A DNA stretch of 64,000 bases from an uncultured Actinomycetota bacterium (GTDB lineage: Bacteria > Actinomycetota > Actinomycetes > CAWDCV01). Location: assembly GCA_963728125.1 (NCBI GenBank), contig CAVSIZ010000003.1:11250-75249 (forward strand). The letters are read 5' to 3'. Positions 30,019 through 39,698 of the stretch are shown in pieces. The stretch's first letter is position 1; each line of letters starts with the position of its first letter. A model generated the notes under the pieces. The model was not told the DNA's origin. It was given only the letters and a program-made list of their open reading frames with translations, and did not search any database. The translations under genes were made by a program, and so were the position numbers.

Positions 30019-30888
30019 ATGGAGAGACAGCCATTGCCCACGGGCAACGACCAGACCGCAATCATCCCCCAACTCGGCGAGGACCACTTCGATGTGGTCA
30101 TGCGCGGGTACGACCGACGCCAGGTCGACGAGCGCGTCGCGCGGCTGCGCAGCCGCGCTCAGGAGCTCGAGAGACGGCTGGAAGCAGCGCAAACCGACGC
30201 CTCCGATGCGTGGCGTGAGGTGGAGAGCTTCCGGCAGTCGGCCACCCACGCGGCGCCCACCGCTCAGCAGCTCGGCGACCGGATCACCGGCCTGCTGCGG
30301 CTTGCCGACGAGGAGGCAACCGCTCGTCGGTCCGCCGCCAAGGTCGACGCCGACCGTCTCACCAAGGAGGCGGAGGAGCGGACCAAGCAGGCCCTGAGCG
30401 AGGCCGAGGAGCGGGCGCGCAAGATCCTTACGGAGGCGGAAGAGAAGTCTCGGCGAAGCGACATCGACGCCCGGCGTCGCATCGACAGCCTCGAGCGGCA
30501 CCACACCGATCTCGTGCAGCGGATGACCCGGATGCGCGACGTCCTCGTCGACCTCCTCGGGCAGGAGCGGGCGGCGAGCGAGGCCGCGAAGCCCGCTCCC
30601 AGCTCCGCGCCGGCCGGACAGCCGGGCACACCGGGTGGCAAGGCGGAAGAGTCGGTCCGGATCGTTGCGGCGCAGCCGTCTGCACAAGCGCCCGCCAACG
30701 GCCCCGCCGAGCCGGTCCAGCCCGGTGCCGAGGGACCGGCCCGATCGAACGGTCGCGACGAGCCGCAGCGGCCCGGTCAGGCCGGGCCACCGCGACCTCA
30801 ACCGCCGACGACTCAGCCATCAACGACTCAGCCGTCAACCACTCAGGGACCGATTACTCAGGGACAAAGCGGGCAACGTCGTAGCTAG
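30019..30888 (+). CDS. DivIVA domain-containing coiled-coil protein
   Basis: FDVVMRGYDRRQVDERVARL is a DivIVA-type N-terminal motif. It is followed by a long coiled coil and a Pro/Thr/Gln repeat tail. Confidence 0.75.
   Translation: MERQPLPTGNDQTAIIPQLGEDHFDVVMRGYDRRQVDERVARLRSRAQELERRLEAAQTDASDAWREVESFRQSATHAAPTAQQLGDRITGLLRLADEEATARRSAAKVDADRLTKEAEERTKQALSEAEERARKILTEAEEKSRRSDIDARRRIDSLERHHTDLVQRMTRMRDVLVDLLGQERAASEAAKPAPSSAPAGQPGTPGGKAEESVRIVAAQPSAQAPANGPAEPVQPGAEGPARSNGRDEPQRPGQAGPPRPQPPTTQPSTTQPSTTQGPITQGQSGQRRS
30802..30861 (+). repeat. 4 x 15-bp imperfect tandem repeat encoding (P-x-T-T-Q)n at the 3' end of the DivIVA-like gene
   Basis: The four adjacent units are ccgccgacgactcag, ccatcaacgactcag, ccgtcaaccactcag and ggaccgattactcag. 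Confidence 0.8.
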
Positions 30889-30933
30889 ACCCGCACCCCG
30901 AGCGTTGAGAACCTGCCGCGGTACTTCGACTCG

Positions 30934-31233
30934 ATGACGTCCGCGGAACCTGCCGGAGGCGACGCGGTACGGACGACGGCGAACGTCGACGGTCAGAAGG
31001 TGGAAGGCGAGGCGTGGTTTCGCGTCGACGATGGCGCTCGCCGCATCGAGTGGGGATCCGAGGGACCGAACGATTACTCGGGCTGGCTGAGCGTCGCCAA
31101 CGGTGACGATGGCGGGTCGACGGTCGAGGTGCATGTGTCGACCGAGCGGGCGGCCAACGGGGACGTCGATGAGGGCCTCGAGCAGACGCTGGACAACATC
31201 AAGCGGCTCGTGGAGGAGCAGGGCGCGGCCTGA
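30934..31233 (+). CDS. hypothetical protein (99 aa)
   Basis: Acidic ORF with coding-like composition in a gap between annotated genes. No family recognised. Confidence 0.45.
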   Translation: MTSAEPAGGDAVRTTANVDGQKVEGEAWFRVDDGARRIEWGSEGPNDYSGWLSVANGDDGGSTVEVHVSTERAANGDVDEGLEQTLDNIKRLVEEQGAA

Positions 31234-31261
31234 CCCCGGTCCCTGCTCCCTCCCCGCTGCG

Positions 31262-31996
31262 TCAGCCCAGGTCGAGGCGATCGAGCCACAGGTCGAGTAG
31301 CTCTCGCGACCCCAGCACGTCCACCTGGGAATGGTCGACCGACCGGCGGCGATAGATCACGGTGAGCACGTCGGTGAGTGGGCCGCGCAGGGCGACCGCC
31401 GCCTTCTCGTGGTCGTGCCGCCAGGTCAGGCCGTGGGAACCGGACTCGATGAACCACTCGGCCGCCAGGTCAGGATCAGTGTCGGTGGCGTGCAGGTGCA
31501 GGTTCGCCGCTGAGCCGTGCAGTCGATCGAGCGCCGGCCCGTGGTCAGGCCGCGGGCTGGCAACGTTCTCGAGCAGCTCGTCGATGGCGTCCACCGCGAG
31601 CTGCGGATCGATGGTGTAGTCGGTGTCGAGGGCGAACGCTGCGTCGGCCCGGTGAATGGCGAGGTCGTGCATGGCGCGACGTACCCAGAACGCTGTCGGC
31701 AACGTGAAGCCGCCAAACTCAGCCGGGTGATCGGCCCCGGCAGCCCGCAGCGTGCGCGAGAACGTCATGCCAGCATCGGCAACATTCTGTGGCGCGTCGT
31801 CGGCCACCTCGACATCGCGAACCGCAGCTTCGAGAGTGATCAAGTTGCCGACGACATGCCCCTGCAGGTCCGCGAGAGTCCAACCCGGACAGGTCGGCAC
31901 CGGTCGCGACAGGTCGGCGTCGCGGAGAAGCTCATCGAGCAGATTCGCCTGACGGATGACCTCGTCGCAGCACCGGTCGTACGAGAACTCCATCAT
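31262..31996 (-). CDS. maleylpyruvate isomerase family mycothiol-dependent enzyme (DinB-like, TIGR03083-type)
   Basis: N-terminal pattern LSRPVPTCPGWTLADLQGHV plus a C-terminal MDMPI-like domain. Confidence 0.7.
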   Translation of the reverse strand: MMEFSYDRCCDEVIRQANLLDELLRDADLSRPVPTCPGWTLADLQGHVVGNLITLEAAVRDVEVADDAPQNVADAGMTFSRTLRAAGADHPAEFGGFTLPTAFWVRRAMHDLAIHRADAAFALDTDYTIDPQLAVDAIDELLENVASPRPDHGPALDRLHGSAANLHLHATDTDPDLAAEWFIESGSHGLTWRHDHEKAAVALRGPLTDVLTVIYRRRSVDHSQVDVLGSRELLDLWLDRLDLG

Positions 31997-32634
31997 CGCG
32001 CGACGCGGTAGCTCACGTGCGTCACTGCGGGGGAGTCGACGACGCGGGTGATCTCCAGCGGGGGCAGGTCGGAGCCCACGGCGTCGAAGAGGCGCGTGCC
32101 ACTGCCCAGCAGGATCGGCGCGATGTGAACCTGGAACCTGTCGACGAGCCCGGCCCGGAGGTACTGCTGAATGACGTCAGCGCCGCCACCGATGCCGACG
32201 TCCTTGCCTCCCGCCGCCGATCGCGCCTGCTCGAGCGCGGATTCGATGCCATCCGTCACGAACGTGAAGGTGGTTCCGCCCTGCATCTGCAGCGGTTCGT
32301 GTGGATGGTGGGTGAGGACGAAGACGGGCATTCGAAACGGCGGGTCGTCACCCCACCAGCCGGTCCACGACTCGTCCCATGGGCCTGGGCCGCCGCCGAA
32401 CATCCCTCGACCCATGATCTCGGCACCGATGGTGTCCATCGCCTCGGCGAGCACATCGGCGTCCTGGTTCCGCGTCCCTCCTGGCATGTTGTGCCGTTCG
32501 TGGAAGCTCTCCAGGTCGTACGCCCACTCGTGCAGACGTTCGCCGCCGTCGCCCAGCGGCGCCTCGGTGCGCGGGTTGGGTCCCGCGACGAACCCATCGA
32601 GAGACATGCTGATGTCGAACGTGAGCTGTGACAT
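31993..32634 (-). CDS. dihydrofolate reductase family protein (RibD C-terminal domain)
   Basis: MSQLTFDISMSLDGFVAGP ... ITRVVDSPAVTHVSYRV is typical of the family. 4-nt overlap with the downstream gene. Confidence 0.75.
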   Translation of the reverse strand: MSQLTFDISMSLDGFVAGPNPRTEAPLGDGGERLHEWAYDLESFHERHNMPGGTRNQDADVLAEAMDTIGAEIMGRGMFGGGPGPWDESWTGWWGDDPPFRMPVFVLTHHPHEPLQMQGGTTFTFVTDGIESALEQARSAAGGKDVGIGGGADVIQQYLRAGLVDRFQVHIAPILLGSGTRLFDAVGSDLPPLEITRVVDSPAVTHVSYRVAR

Positions 32635-32670
32635 GGCGATCCTCAGGTGGTCATAAGTGGGTTAGCTGCC

Positions 32671-34032
32671 TCAGGTGGAATTGCCGACAGACGCGTGCTC
32701 GGTCGGTGCATCTGGTGCGTCTGATGATGCCGGCTGTCCGTGCTGGTACCGGTCCGACAGCACGCGGTAGTACTTCGATCGCAGCGCGACCAGAGACAGG
32801 ACGAGCCCGATCACGCCAGTGATCGTGAAGACCAGCGCGATGCCTCGATCGGGTCCGGTGCCGAACCAGTCGCCGATCAGGTCGACTCCCGAACCCGTGG
32901 TCATGAAGGGGATGAACACGAACTGTGCGATCGGGCTGATGAGGAACGCCGTCAGCGGTGAGGCGGAGAGCTCGACGCTCTGCGCGAACCCGAAGACGCG
33001 TCCCTGCCGCTCGAACGGCACCACCTTCTGCAGCACTGTCTGCTCGGCCGCTTCGATAAAGGGGATGACGCAGAGGTAGACGAAGATGCCCACCGTGAGC
33101 AGCACAATCGACGAGCGCAAGGAAAACGTGCAGGAAATCAGCCAGATCACGACGTTCGCCAGCAGCAGCGAACGCAGCGGGTTCGCACCGAGACCTCGCC
33201 GAGCGATCACCAGACCACCCACGATGAAGCCGGTGCTGAGGAATCCCCAGAGCAGCCCCCAGACCTCGACGGACACCAGCGACAAGCCGTAGGCGTCGAG
33301 CAGCGCCATGTAAACGCCGCCAAGAAGGTTGTTGATGGCGCTGAACGCGATGAGGGCGAACAAGCCGGGGATGGCGCCGACGACAGCGAGCGTCCCGCGA
33401 ATGTCCACGCGCGGGCCGTCGCCGTCGTCGCTTGCAGCGACGCGGTCCTCGGGCATGCGTACGAGCATCAGGTGCACGATGGACGCCGCCGTGACAACGA
33501 TCGCGAGGATGAGCACGTAGAGCATCCCGGACAGCCCGACGAGAATTCCGCTGATGACGGACGTCACGAGGAACGAGATCCCGGATGCCGTACCGACCAG
33601 TCCATTGGCTTTGTCGCGACGCTCCTCGGGGATCAGCAGCGTGACTGCGGTGGTCATGGCGATGGTGCGGATGTTGCCGACGATCACGCCGGCCATGAGG
33701 AGCAACGTGAACACCCACAGCGTCGGGCTCGCTGGATCGGCGAACGCGGCCCGGCCGACACCGACGTAGATCGCCAGGCAGATGCCGTACAGCACGAGTG
33801 ACACCGCACTGGAGACGACCATCGCCGCCTTCTTGCGGTGGTGGTCGACCAGGCTGCCGAACCAGAGTCCGGACAGTGCCGTGAAGGCGAGGTAGATGCC
33901 CGCGATGACGCCGGTGGCGAAGACCGATCGCGTTTCGAGGTAGACGAAGAACGTGATGGCGAACCACACGGTGAAGTTGATGACCGACACCAGCAGCGTG
34001 TTGGCCAGCAGGTGAAAGAACGTTCGCCCCAT
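32671..34032 (-). CDS. MFS transporter
   Basis: ORF 32671..34722 trimmed to ATG 34032 (MGRTFFHLLANTLLVSV). About 12 hydrophobic helices. Confidence 0.8.
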   Translation of the reverse strand: MGRTFFHLLANTLLVSVINFTVWFAITFFVYLETRSVFATGVIAGIYLAFTALSGLWFGSLVDHHRKKAAMVVSSAVSLVLYGICLAIYVGVGRAAFADPASPTLWVFTLLLMAGVIVGNIRTIAMTTAVTLLIPEERRDKANGLVGTASGISFLVTSVISGILVGLSGMLYVLILAIVVTAASIVHLMLVRMPEDRVAASDDGDGPRVDIRGTLAVVGAIPGLFALIAFSAINNLLGGVYMALLDAYGLSLVSVEVWGLLWGFLSTGFIVGGLVIARRGLGANPLRSLLLANVVIWLISCTFSLRSSIVLLTVGIFVYLCVIPFIEAAEQTVLQKVVPFERQGRVFGFAQSVELSASPLTAFLISPIAQFVFIPFMTTGSGVDLIGDWFGTGPDRGIALVFTITGVIGLVLSLVALRSKYYRVLSDRYQHGQPASSDAPDAPTEHASVGNST

Positions 34033-34046
34033 GCGTGTGTTGGTGC

Positions 34047-34427
34047 TCAGCTGTCCTGAATGACGGCGAAGATGTTGCCGGCCGGATCGGTGAACCACGC
34101 GATGGGCGGGCCCTCGTCCCCGCGCGCGATTCCCTTCTCGTCCTGCTCGAAGCCGTCGTATCTCACGAAGCTGACTCCGCGCTCGGTCAAGCTGTCGACC
34201 GTCTGCTCGATGTCGTCGACAGGGAAGTTGAGGATCGTGTAGACCGCCGGCGCGTGATCGGGCTTCGGATAAACCATGACGTCCCGACCGTCCGCGATCT
34301 GGAGACGCAGCAAGCCCATCTCCTCGACGTCGAAGACGTTCAGCCCAAGCGTCTGTCCATAGAACGTCTTGGCCTGCTCCAGATCCGGTACGGCGAAGCT
34401 GCTGAAACCCTCGCTGTTGCCGAGCAT
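34047..34427 (-). CDS. VOC family (glyoxalase fold) protein
   Basis: MLGNSEGFSSFAVPDLEQAKTFYGQTLGL ... FTDPAGNIFAVIQ. Confidence 0.75.
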   Translation of the reverse strand: MLGNSEGFSSFAVPDLEQAKTFYGQTLGLNVFDVEEMGLLRLQIADGRDVMVYPKPDHAPAVYTILNFPVDDIEQTVDSLTERGVSFVRYDGFEQDEKGIARGDEGPPIAWFTDPAGNIFAVIQDS

Positions 34428-34529
34428 GTCGTGTCCTCTCGCGTGGTTGACGACGGTGACAGGGAGTCTGGTACGCCCCACCGACATCCTGACCGTCGGG
34501 CCACGCTGAACTCATCGGTGGCTGGTGAA

Positions 34530-35258
34530 CTATCCCGTCGCCATCACCAGCAGAGCCAGCGTCGTCGTGAGCTCCACGGCTGCACCCATCACGTCGCCGG
34601 TGATGCCGCCGAGTCGTTGCATGCAGTGCCAAACAAGGCCGGCTGCAGCACCAAGCGCGAGGAGTAGAGCAACCAGTCCCACCCAGCCCACCGCGAGGAA
34701 AGCTCCGCCGGCCACGACACATGCGGTGATGACGAGCAATGGCCAGGAGGCGGTGCCGGCAACGAGGACCCCCAGGCCGTCAGTGCGCGCAGCGGGCACG
34801 CGTCGGGCACAGCACACCAGGATGCTGAGCCGCCCGATGACGACGGCGATCAGAAGCGCCCGCCAGGACGCTTCGGCCAGAGACGTCACCTGGATGAACA
34901 GGACGAGGACGAGGGCGGCAACCCCGAACGGCCCGATGTCCGACGCACGCATCACGGCGAGCGCACGGTCAGCTGGTCGCCGTGAACCGAGGCCATCCGC
35001 GGTATCGGCGAGTCCGTCGAGGTGCAGGCCACGCGTCAGGATCGCCAGGCTGGCGAGGGCGAGTGCGGCCGCCGTCAGCGCGGAGAGGCCGAGTCGCTCA
35101 GCCAGCACGAGAACGACGCTGCCCGCAGCACCGAGTGCTGCACCCACGGGGACGAACCACCACAGGGCCCGCTTGGCTGCCTCGCGGTCAACGGCACCGA
35201 CATCACCCACGGGTACCGCGGTCAGCAGCCCGACAGCCAGCCGAAGCGCCGCTGTCAT
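34530..35258 (-). CDS. cobS: adenosylcobinamide-GDP ribazoletransferase
   Basis: ORF trimmed to ATG 35258 ([17 protein letters not shown]), which overlaps the cobT stop as ATGA. Polytopic membrane protein with [13 protein letters not shown]. Confidence 0.85.
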   Translation of the reverse strand: MTAALRLAVGLLTAVPVGDVGAVDREAAKRALWWFVPVGAALGAAGSVVLVLAERLGLSALTAAALALASLAILTRGLHLDGLADTADGLGSRRPADRALAVMRASDIGPFGVAALVLVLFIQVTSLAEASWRALLIAVVIGRLSILVCCARRVPAARTDGLGVLVAGTASWPLLVITACVVAGGAFLAVGWVGLVALLLALGAAAGLVWHCMQRLGGITGDVMGAAVELTTTLALLVMATG

Positions 35259-36322
35259 GCTGGCGCTACGCCCGCCTCGTCCAGCGTCGCCATCTCGCGG
35301 AGCGTGGCGCCGGCTGCAGCGAGAATGGGCAGCGCGACCAGAGCGCCGGTGCCCTCGCCCAGCCGCATGCCGTAGTCGACGACCGGTTCGAGGCCCAGCC
35401 GCTGGAGCGCGATGGAGTGCGCGGGCTCGGGAGAGCGGTGCCCAGCGAGCCACCAACGAGCCGCGCCGGGTGCCATCCGGTGGGCGACCAGCGCTGCGGC
35501 ACCGGAGACGACACCGTCGAGGACGACGGGCGTGCGCCGGACCGATGCCTGCACCAGCGCCCCGGCCATCGCAGCGATGTCGGCGCCGCCCGCGACGCTG
35601 AGCACGCGGACCGGATCACCGAGGTGGGGACGAGTTCGGCGCAGTGCGTCGCGGACCACGGCGGCCTTACGCATCCAGCCGTCGTCGTCGATACCGGTGC
35701 CACGACCGACCACGCTGGCGACGTCGCTCGACGTGAGCGCGGCGACCAGGACCGCCGCGGGCGTCGTATTGCCGATTCCCATGTCGCCAGTGAGGAGCAG
35801 GTCGGCACCCGCATCCACCTCGTCGTCGACGACGGCCATCCCTGCCTGAAACGCCGCTGTCGCTTCGTCGTACGACAGCGCGTCCTCAATGTCGATGCGC
35901 CCGGACCCGCGCCGTACCTTCCACCGGCTCAGATCAGCTGGCAGGTCGTCGAGGTCGGCGTCGACGGACAGGTCGAGCACGCGGACGGTCGCGCCGGCGA
36001 GCCGCGCCAAGACATTCACGGCAGCCCCGCCGGCGACAAAGGTCCGCACCATGGCCGCGGTGACCTCGGCGGGATAGGCCGATACGCCTGCGGTCGCGAC
36101 GCCGTGGTCGCCGGCGAAGATCAGCACGCGCGGGCGCGCGAACGGGCGTGGTGGGCATGCATCCTGCACTCCGGCCAGCCAGATCGACAGGTCCTCGAGT
36201 CGGCCGAGCGCGCCGGCAGGCTTGGCGAGCAGCGCCTGCCGGTGCTTGGCGTCGGCGCGCGCCTGCTGCGAGGGAAGGGGAACAAGCTTCGCGACGTCGC
36301 CGAGGTCGAACGGTTCCGTCAC
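35255..36322 (-). CDS. cobT: nicotinate-nucleotide--dimethylbenzimidazole phosphoribosyltransferase
   Basis: 355 aa with [12 protein letters not shown] and GEGTGA motifs. Confidence 0.9.
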   Translation of the reverse strand: MTEPFDLGDVAKLVPLPSQQARADAKHRQALLAKPAGALGRLEDLSIWLAGVQDACPPRPFARPRVLIFAGDHGVATAGVSAYPAEVTAAMVRTFVAGGAAVNVLARLAGATVRVLDLSVDADLDDLPADLSRWKVRRGSGRIDIEDALSYDEATAAFQAGMAVVDDEVDAGADLLLTGDMGIGNTTPAAVLVAALTSSDVASVVGRGTGIDDDGWMRKAAVVRDALRRTRPHLGDPVRVLSVAGGADIAAMAGALVQASVRRTPVVLDGVVSGAAALVAHRMAPGAARWWLAGHRSPEPAHSIALQRLGLEPVVDYGMRLGEGTGALVALPILAAAGATLREMATLDEAGVAPA

Positions 36323-37620
36323 AGCCGCATGACCCTACCCGCGACCAGCAGCGCCACCTCGTCGGATTCGGCGGCAATGCGCGCGTTGAGCCGACCCAGT
36401 TCGTCGCGGAAACGTCGCCCAGACTCGGTGGCTGGCACGACGCCGCTTCCGACCTCGTTGCTCACGGCGATCACGTTCGCCGTCGTGCCGCGCCACGCGT
36501 CGATCAGGTCGTCGATGCGGTCATGCAGATCAGGCGCGTCGAGGAAGGCGCCGAGCCACAGCGTGAGGCAGTCCACGAGGACTGGCCCGGTGGCCTCCCG
36601 AAGCAGTGCTGCCAGCTCGACCGTCTCGACGGTCGTCCACTGCGGGGGTCGACGAGCGCGATGCGCCTCAACACGGGCAACCCACTCCTCATCCGCGGGG
36701 TCAACCACGCTGGTGGCGACGTACGTGACCTTCGGTTCGGCGGCGAAGCGTCGCTCCGCCTCGACCGACTTCCCCGATCGTGCTCCACCCAGGAGGAGTA
36801 CCCGTCGCGGCGGTTTCTCGTCGGGCTCGCGCTGTCCCGCCTGCAACACCGTGCCGTCCGGCACTACCCGAGCCCCCCACGCGGACAACCGGCGCGACAG
36901 TTCCTGCGTCGGCGGGTTGCGATGTCCGAGGTGGATGGCGACGACGTCGGTGCCCGGCGTGATCGCACCGCGCCGGCGCAGTTCGGCCAACGTGCTCGGG
37001 AACGTCGTCAGATCAAGGTGCCCCGTCGCATGCTCAGTCCAGTCGCCGCAGGTCTCCTCGAGCAGCACAGTGTCGTACGCCGCGTTCCGCGTGGCCTCGA
37101 CGGCCGCATCGGGCAAGGGCCCGGTGTCGGTGCCGTAGAGAATCCGCGCAGTGTCGTTGGCAACGTCGTAGAGGACGGCATCGCGTTCATGGGCCGCGGG
37201 CAGGACGCGCACGTCGTATCCGGCTGCGTCGAGGCGGTCGTCGGCTCGTACGGGCCGAAGCCGTACCGGATCGTCGGGACCGATCCAGTCCTGGCACGCC
37301 ATCAGCGCCGACGGGGGACCGATCAGATCGAGCTGATCGGTCGCACCCGCCCAATGCCGCCACAGCAGCGCGGCCGGTCCGGTGTGATCGGGATGATCAT
37401 GCGTGAGCAGGATTGCCCGCACGTCGCTCAGCGAGCGTCCGAACCGTTGCGCTGCGCGTGGCGCCTCCGGCCCGCAGTCGAGCATCAGCCGGCCGTCGAC
37501 GAGAACGGCGGTCTGCCCACGAATCTCTCCAGCCCGGCGGGCGGCCACGCATGACGCGCACATGCAGAACGGATTCGGCCAGCCGTCCGCACTGCCGGTT
37601 CCGAGGAGGACCAGCTCCAT
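36319..37620 (-). CDS. cobU: fusion: PhnP-like MBL-fold hydrolase (N) + adenosylcobinamide kinase/guanylyltransferase CobU (C)
   Basis: ORF 36319..37929 trimmed to ATG 37620 ([24 protein letters not shown]). Has [11 protein letters not shown] (HxHxDH). The C-terminal 175 aa carry [15 protein letters not shown] and [11 protein letters not shown]. Confidence 0.8.
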   Translation of the reverse strand: MELVLLGTGSADGWPNPFCMCASCVAARRAGEIRGQTAVLVDGRLMLDCGPEAPRAAQRFGRSLSDVRAILLTHDHPDHTGPAALLWRHWAGATDQLDLIGPPSALMACQDWIGPDDPVRLRPVRADDRLDAAGYDVRVLPAAHERDAVLYDVANDTARILYGTDTGPLPDAAVEATRNAAYDTVLLEETCGDWTEHATGHLDLTTFPSTLAELRRRGAITPGTDVVAIHLGHRNPPTQELSRRLSAWGARVVPDGTVLQAGQREPDEKPPRRVLLLGGARSGKSVEAERRFAAEPKVTYVATSVVDPADEEWVARVEAHRARRPPQWTTVETVELAALLREATGPVLVDCLTLWLGAFLDAPDLHDRIDDLIDAWRGTTANVIAVSNEVGSGVVPATESGRRFRDELGRLNARIAAESDEVALLVAGRVMRL

Positions 37621-37634
37621 TAGCGTTGGCTCCC

Positions 37635-37844
37635 ATGGTGTGGACGTGGCGGTACGAGGACGGCAATGGCAATCCTGTCGATCGGCCGGGCGCGCCGCGC
37701 GAAGACTTTCCCACGCAGGCGGACGCGGAGTCATGGCTCGGTGAGTCGTGGCGGGACCTGCTGGCCAACGGCGTCGACCAAGTGACGCTGCTCGACGGTG
37801 ACCGCGTTGTCTACTCCGGAATGAGCCTGCACCCGGCCGACTGA
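37635..37844 (+). CDS. small conserved hypothetical protein (69 aa)
   Basis: MVWTWRYEDGNGNPVDRPG...FPTQADAESWLGESWRDLLANGVDQVTLLDGDRVVY. Coding-like, and divergent from cobU with only a 14-nt gap. Confidence 0.55.
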   Translation: MVWTWRYEDGNGNPVDRPGAPREDFPTQADAESWLGESWRDLLANGVDQVTLLDGDRVVYSGMSLHPAD

Positions 37845-37876
37845 AGCCGGCCGAAGGGCGCGGCCGCGCGTCAACT

Positions 37877-37923
37877 GGTTCCGCGCGTACGCAAACCGAC
37901 AACGACGGCGTACGCGAGGAACC
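37877..37923. terminator. strong hairpin between convergent genes (bidirectional terminator candidate)
   Basis: GGTTCCGCGCGTACGC (37877-37892) pairs with GCGTACGCGAGGAACC (37908-37923). 16-bp stem with 1 mismatch and a 15-nt loop. Confidence 0.55.
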
Positions 37924-37942
37924 AGGCAATGACTGGCGGCGA

Positions 37943-38944
37943 TCAGGGACGGCGCTTCGGGCTCACGGTCTTGGCGGCGTCGCGCTCGACCACCGGGTCG
38001 AGGATCTCGTCGATGCGCTTCAGCAGGTCGGCGTCCAGTTTCTTGCCGGCAGCGCCGGCGTTGTCGACGACTTGCTCCGGCCGGCTGGCGCCGATGATGG
38101 CCGCGGAGACGTTGTCGTTCTGCAGCACCCATGCGGTGGCGAGCTGAGCCATGGACAGGCCGGCATCGTCGGCGACCGGCTGCAGTCGCTGCACACGAGT
38201 GAGCACGTCGTCGTCGGTGAGGTAGCGACGAATCATGTTGGCGCCGCCCTTGTCGTCGGTCGCTCGCGACCCAGCGGGTGGCTGCTCACCCGGTCGGTAC
38301 TTCCCGGTGAGGATGCCCTGGGCGATGGGGGAGAACACGATCTGCCCGACACCGAGCTCCTCAGACGTCGGCACGACGCGGCTCTCGATGACGCGCCACA
38401 GCATCGAGTACTGCGGCTGGTTCGAGACCAGCGAGACACCGAGCTGCCGAGCGAGGTCCACGCCGGCACGGATCTGGTCCGCGGTCCACTCCGAGACACC
38501 GATGTACAGCGCCTTGCCGGCACGGACGACGTCGGCGAACGCCTGCATCGTCTCCTCGAGCGGCGTCTCGTTGTCGTAGCGATGCGCCTGGTACACGTCG
38601 ACGTACGACATCTGGAGCCGGCGCAGCGAGGCGTCGATTGATTCGAGGATGTGCTTGCGCGACAGGCCGCGGTCGTTCTTGCCCGGACCCATCGACCAGA
38701 AGACCTTGGTGAGGACCTCCAGACCCTCCCGGCGCTCGCCCTGCAGCGCGCGCCCGAGCACCTCCTCGGCGCGACCGCCGGCGTAGACGTCAGCGGTGTC
38801 GAACGTGGTGATGCCCGCGTCGAGTGCGGCGCGTACGCAATCTTGCGCAGCGTCCTCCTCGACCTGTGAGCCGTGGGTCAGCCAGTTGCCATATGCGATC
38901 TCGCTGACGATGAGCCCGCTGTCGCCGAGGTGTCGAAACTCCAT
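37943..38944 (-). CDS. aldo/keto reductase
   Basis: 333 aa. MEFRHLGDSGLIVSEIAYGNW, GITTFDTADVY and other AKR signatures. Confidence 0.85.
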   Translation of the reverse strand: MEFRHLGDSGLIVSEIAYGNWLTHGSQVEEDAAQDCVRAALDAGITTFDTADVYAGGRAEEVLGRALQGERREGLEVLTKVFWSMGPGKNDRGLSRKHILESIDASLRRLQMSYVDVYQAHRYDNETPLEETMQAFADVVRAGKALYIGVSEWTADQIRAGVDLARQLGVSLVSNQPQYSMLWRVIESRVVPTSEELGVGQIVFSPIAQGILTGKYRPGEQPPAGSRATDDKGGANMIRRYLTDDDVLTRVQRLQPVADDAGLSMAQLATAWVLQNDNVSAAIIGASRPEQVVDNAGAAGKKLDADLLKRIDEILDPVVERDAAKTVSPKRRP

Positions 38945-38975
38945 GCCTCAACCCTAGGTGCGCAGCGTCGATCCC

Positions 38976-39674
38976 TCAGATCGTGGCGCCGGGCTTCACC
39001 TGCGGCTTGGGAAGGCGCAGCCGACGCAACTGCATGCTGCGCAGCAGCGCGTACGACGTCGTGCCCTTGGCTTGCTCGTCGGGGAAGCGCTGCTCGACCG
39101 TCTTGCGCAGGCCGCGAGCGAGGAGGAACGAATCGACGATGACCACGGCGAGCAGCACCAGCCAGAGCAGGATGCCGATGCTGTAGACGACCTCGTTGCG
39201 TACGAACGTGGCGAGCAGGACGACGAGCGCGACCGGCAGGAAGAACTCTGCCGCGCTGCGTCGGGAGTCCACATAGTTGCGCGCCAACCGCCGGACCGGC
39301 CCACGATCACGAGCCGGCAGGTTCTTCTCTTCGCCCGTCAGCAGCGCCTGCCGCGAGGCCATCCGCTCCTGCCGGGCACGCTCTCGGGTGCGGCGGTACG
39401 CCTCCTTGCGATCCTTCGGTGCGCGGACAGCCTGGCGGCGCTGTTGCTCCGCGTCGCGACGCTTCGGGGTGGGCCGTCCCTTGCCGACCTCGGGGGTCTC
39501 CCCGACGTCCATCGGGGTCGCAGTCTCGGTGCTGCTCGAGCGCCGGCGGAGGAGGGGACGGATCACGCCATCAGGATAAGGGCCGGATCCGGGGCGCGGG
39601 CCCTCGCCGAGGCTGCGACGGCGCCCTAGGGTGGGGGACCGGGATTGATTCCTGCGCCTGAACCACGGCCACAC
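38976..39674 (-). CDS. DUF3043 domain-containing membrane protein (Rv2206-like)
   Basis: KGRPTPKRRDAEQQRR ... LPARDRGPVRRLARNYVDSRR plus two TM helices. GTG 39674 (VWPWFRRR) chosen as start; uncertain. Confidence 0.75.
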   Translation of the reverse strand: MWPWFRRRNQSRSPTLGRRRSLGEGPRPGSGPYPDGVIRPLLRRRSSSTETATPMDVGETPEVGKGRPTPKRRDAEQQRRQAVRAPKDRKEAYRRTRERARQERMASRQALLTGEEKNLPARDRGPVRRLARNYVDSRRSAAEFFLPVALVVLLATFVRNEVVYSIGILLWLVLLAVVIVDSFLLARGLRKTVEQRFPDEQAKGTTSYALLRSMQLRRLRLPKPQVKPGATI

Positions 39675-39698
39675 GTATGAAGGAGGCGGCCGCAGCCC

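Noticed and set aside
34982-37138. 718-aa forward ORF (and 34525..35601) across the cobS/cobT/cobU region
   Set aside because: It is antisense to three well-supported cob genes. The product is Arg/Pro/Ala/Ser-rich with no recognisable motifs, which marks a typical high-GC shadow ORF.
37621-37634. Cobalamin riboswitch upstream of the cobU operon
   Set aside because: The intergenic gap is 14 nt, and the upstream DNA is occupied by a divergent small ORF.
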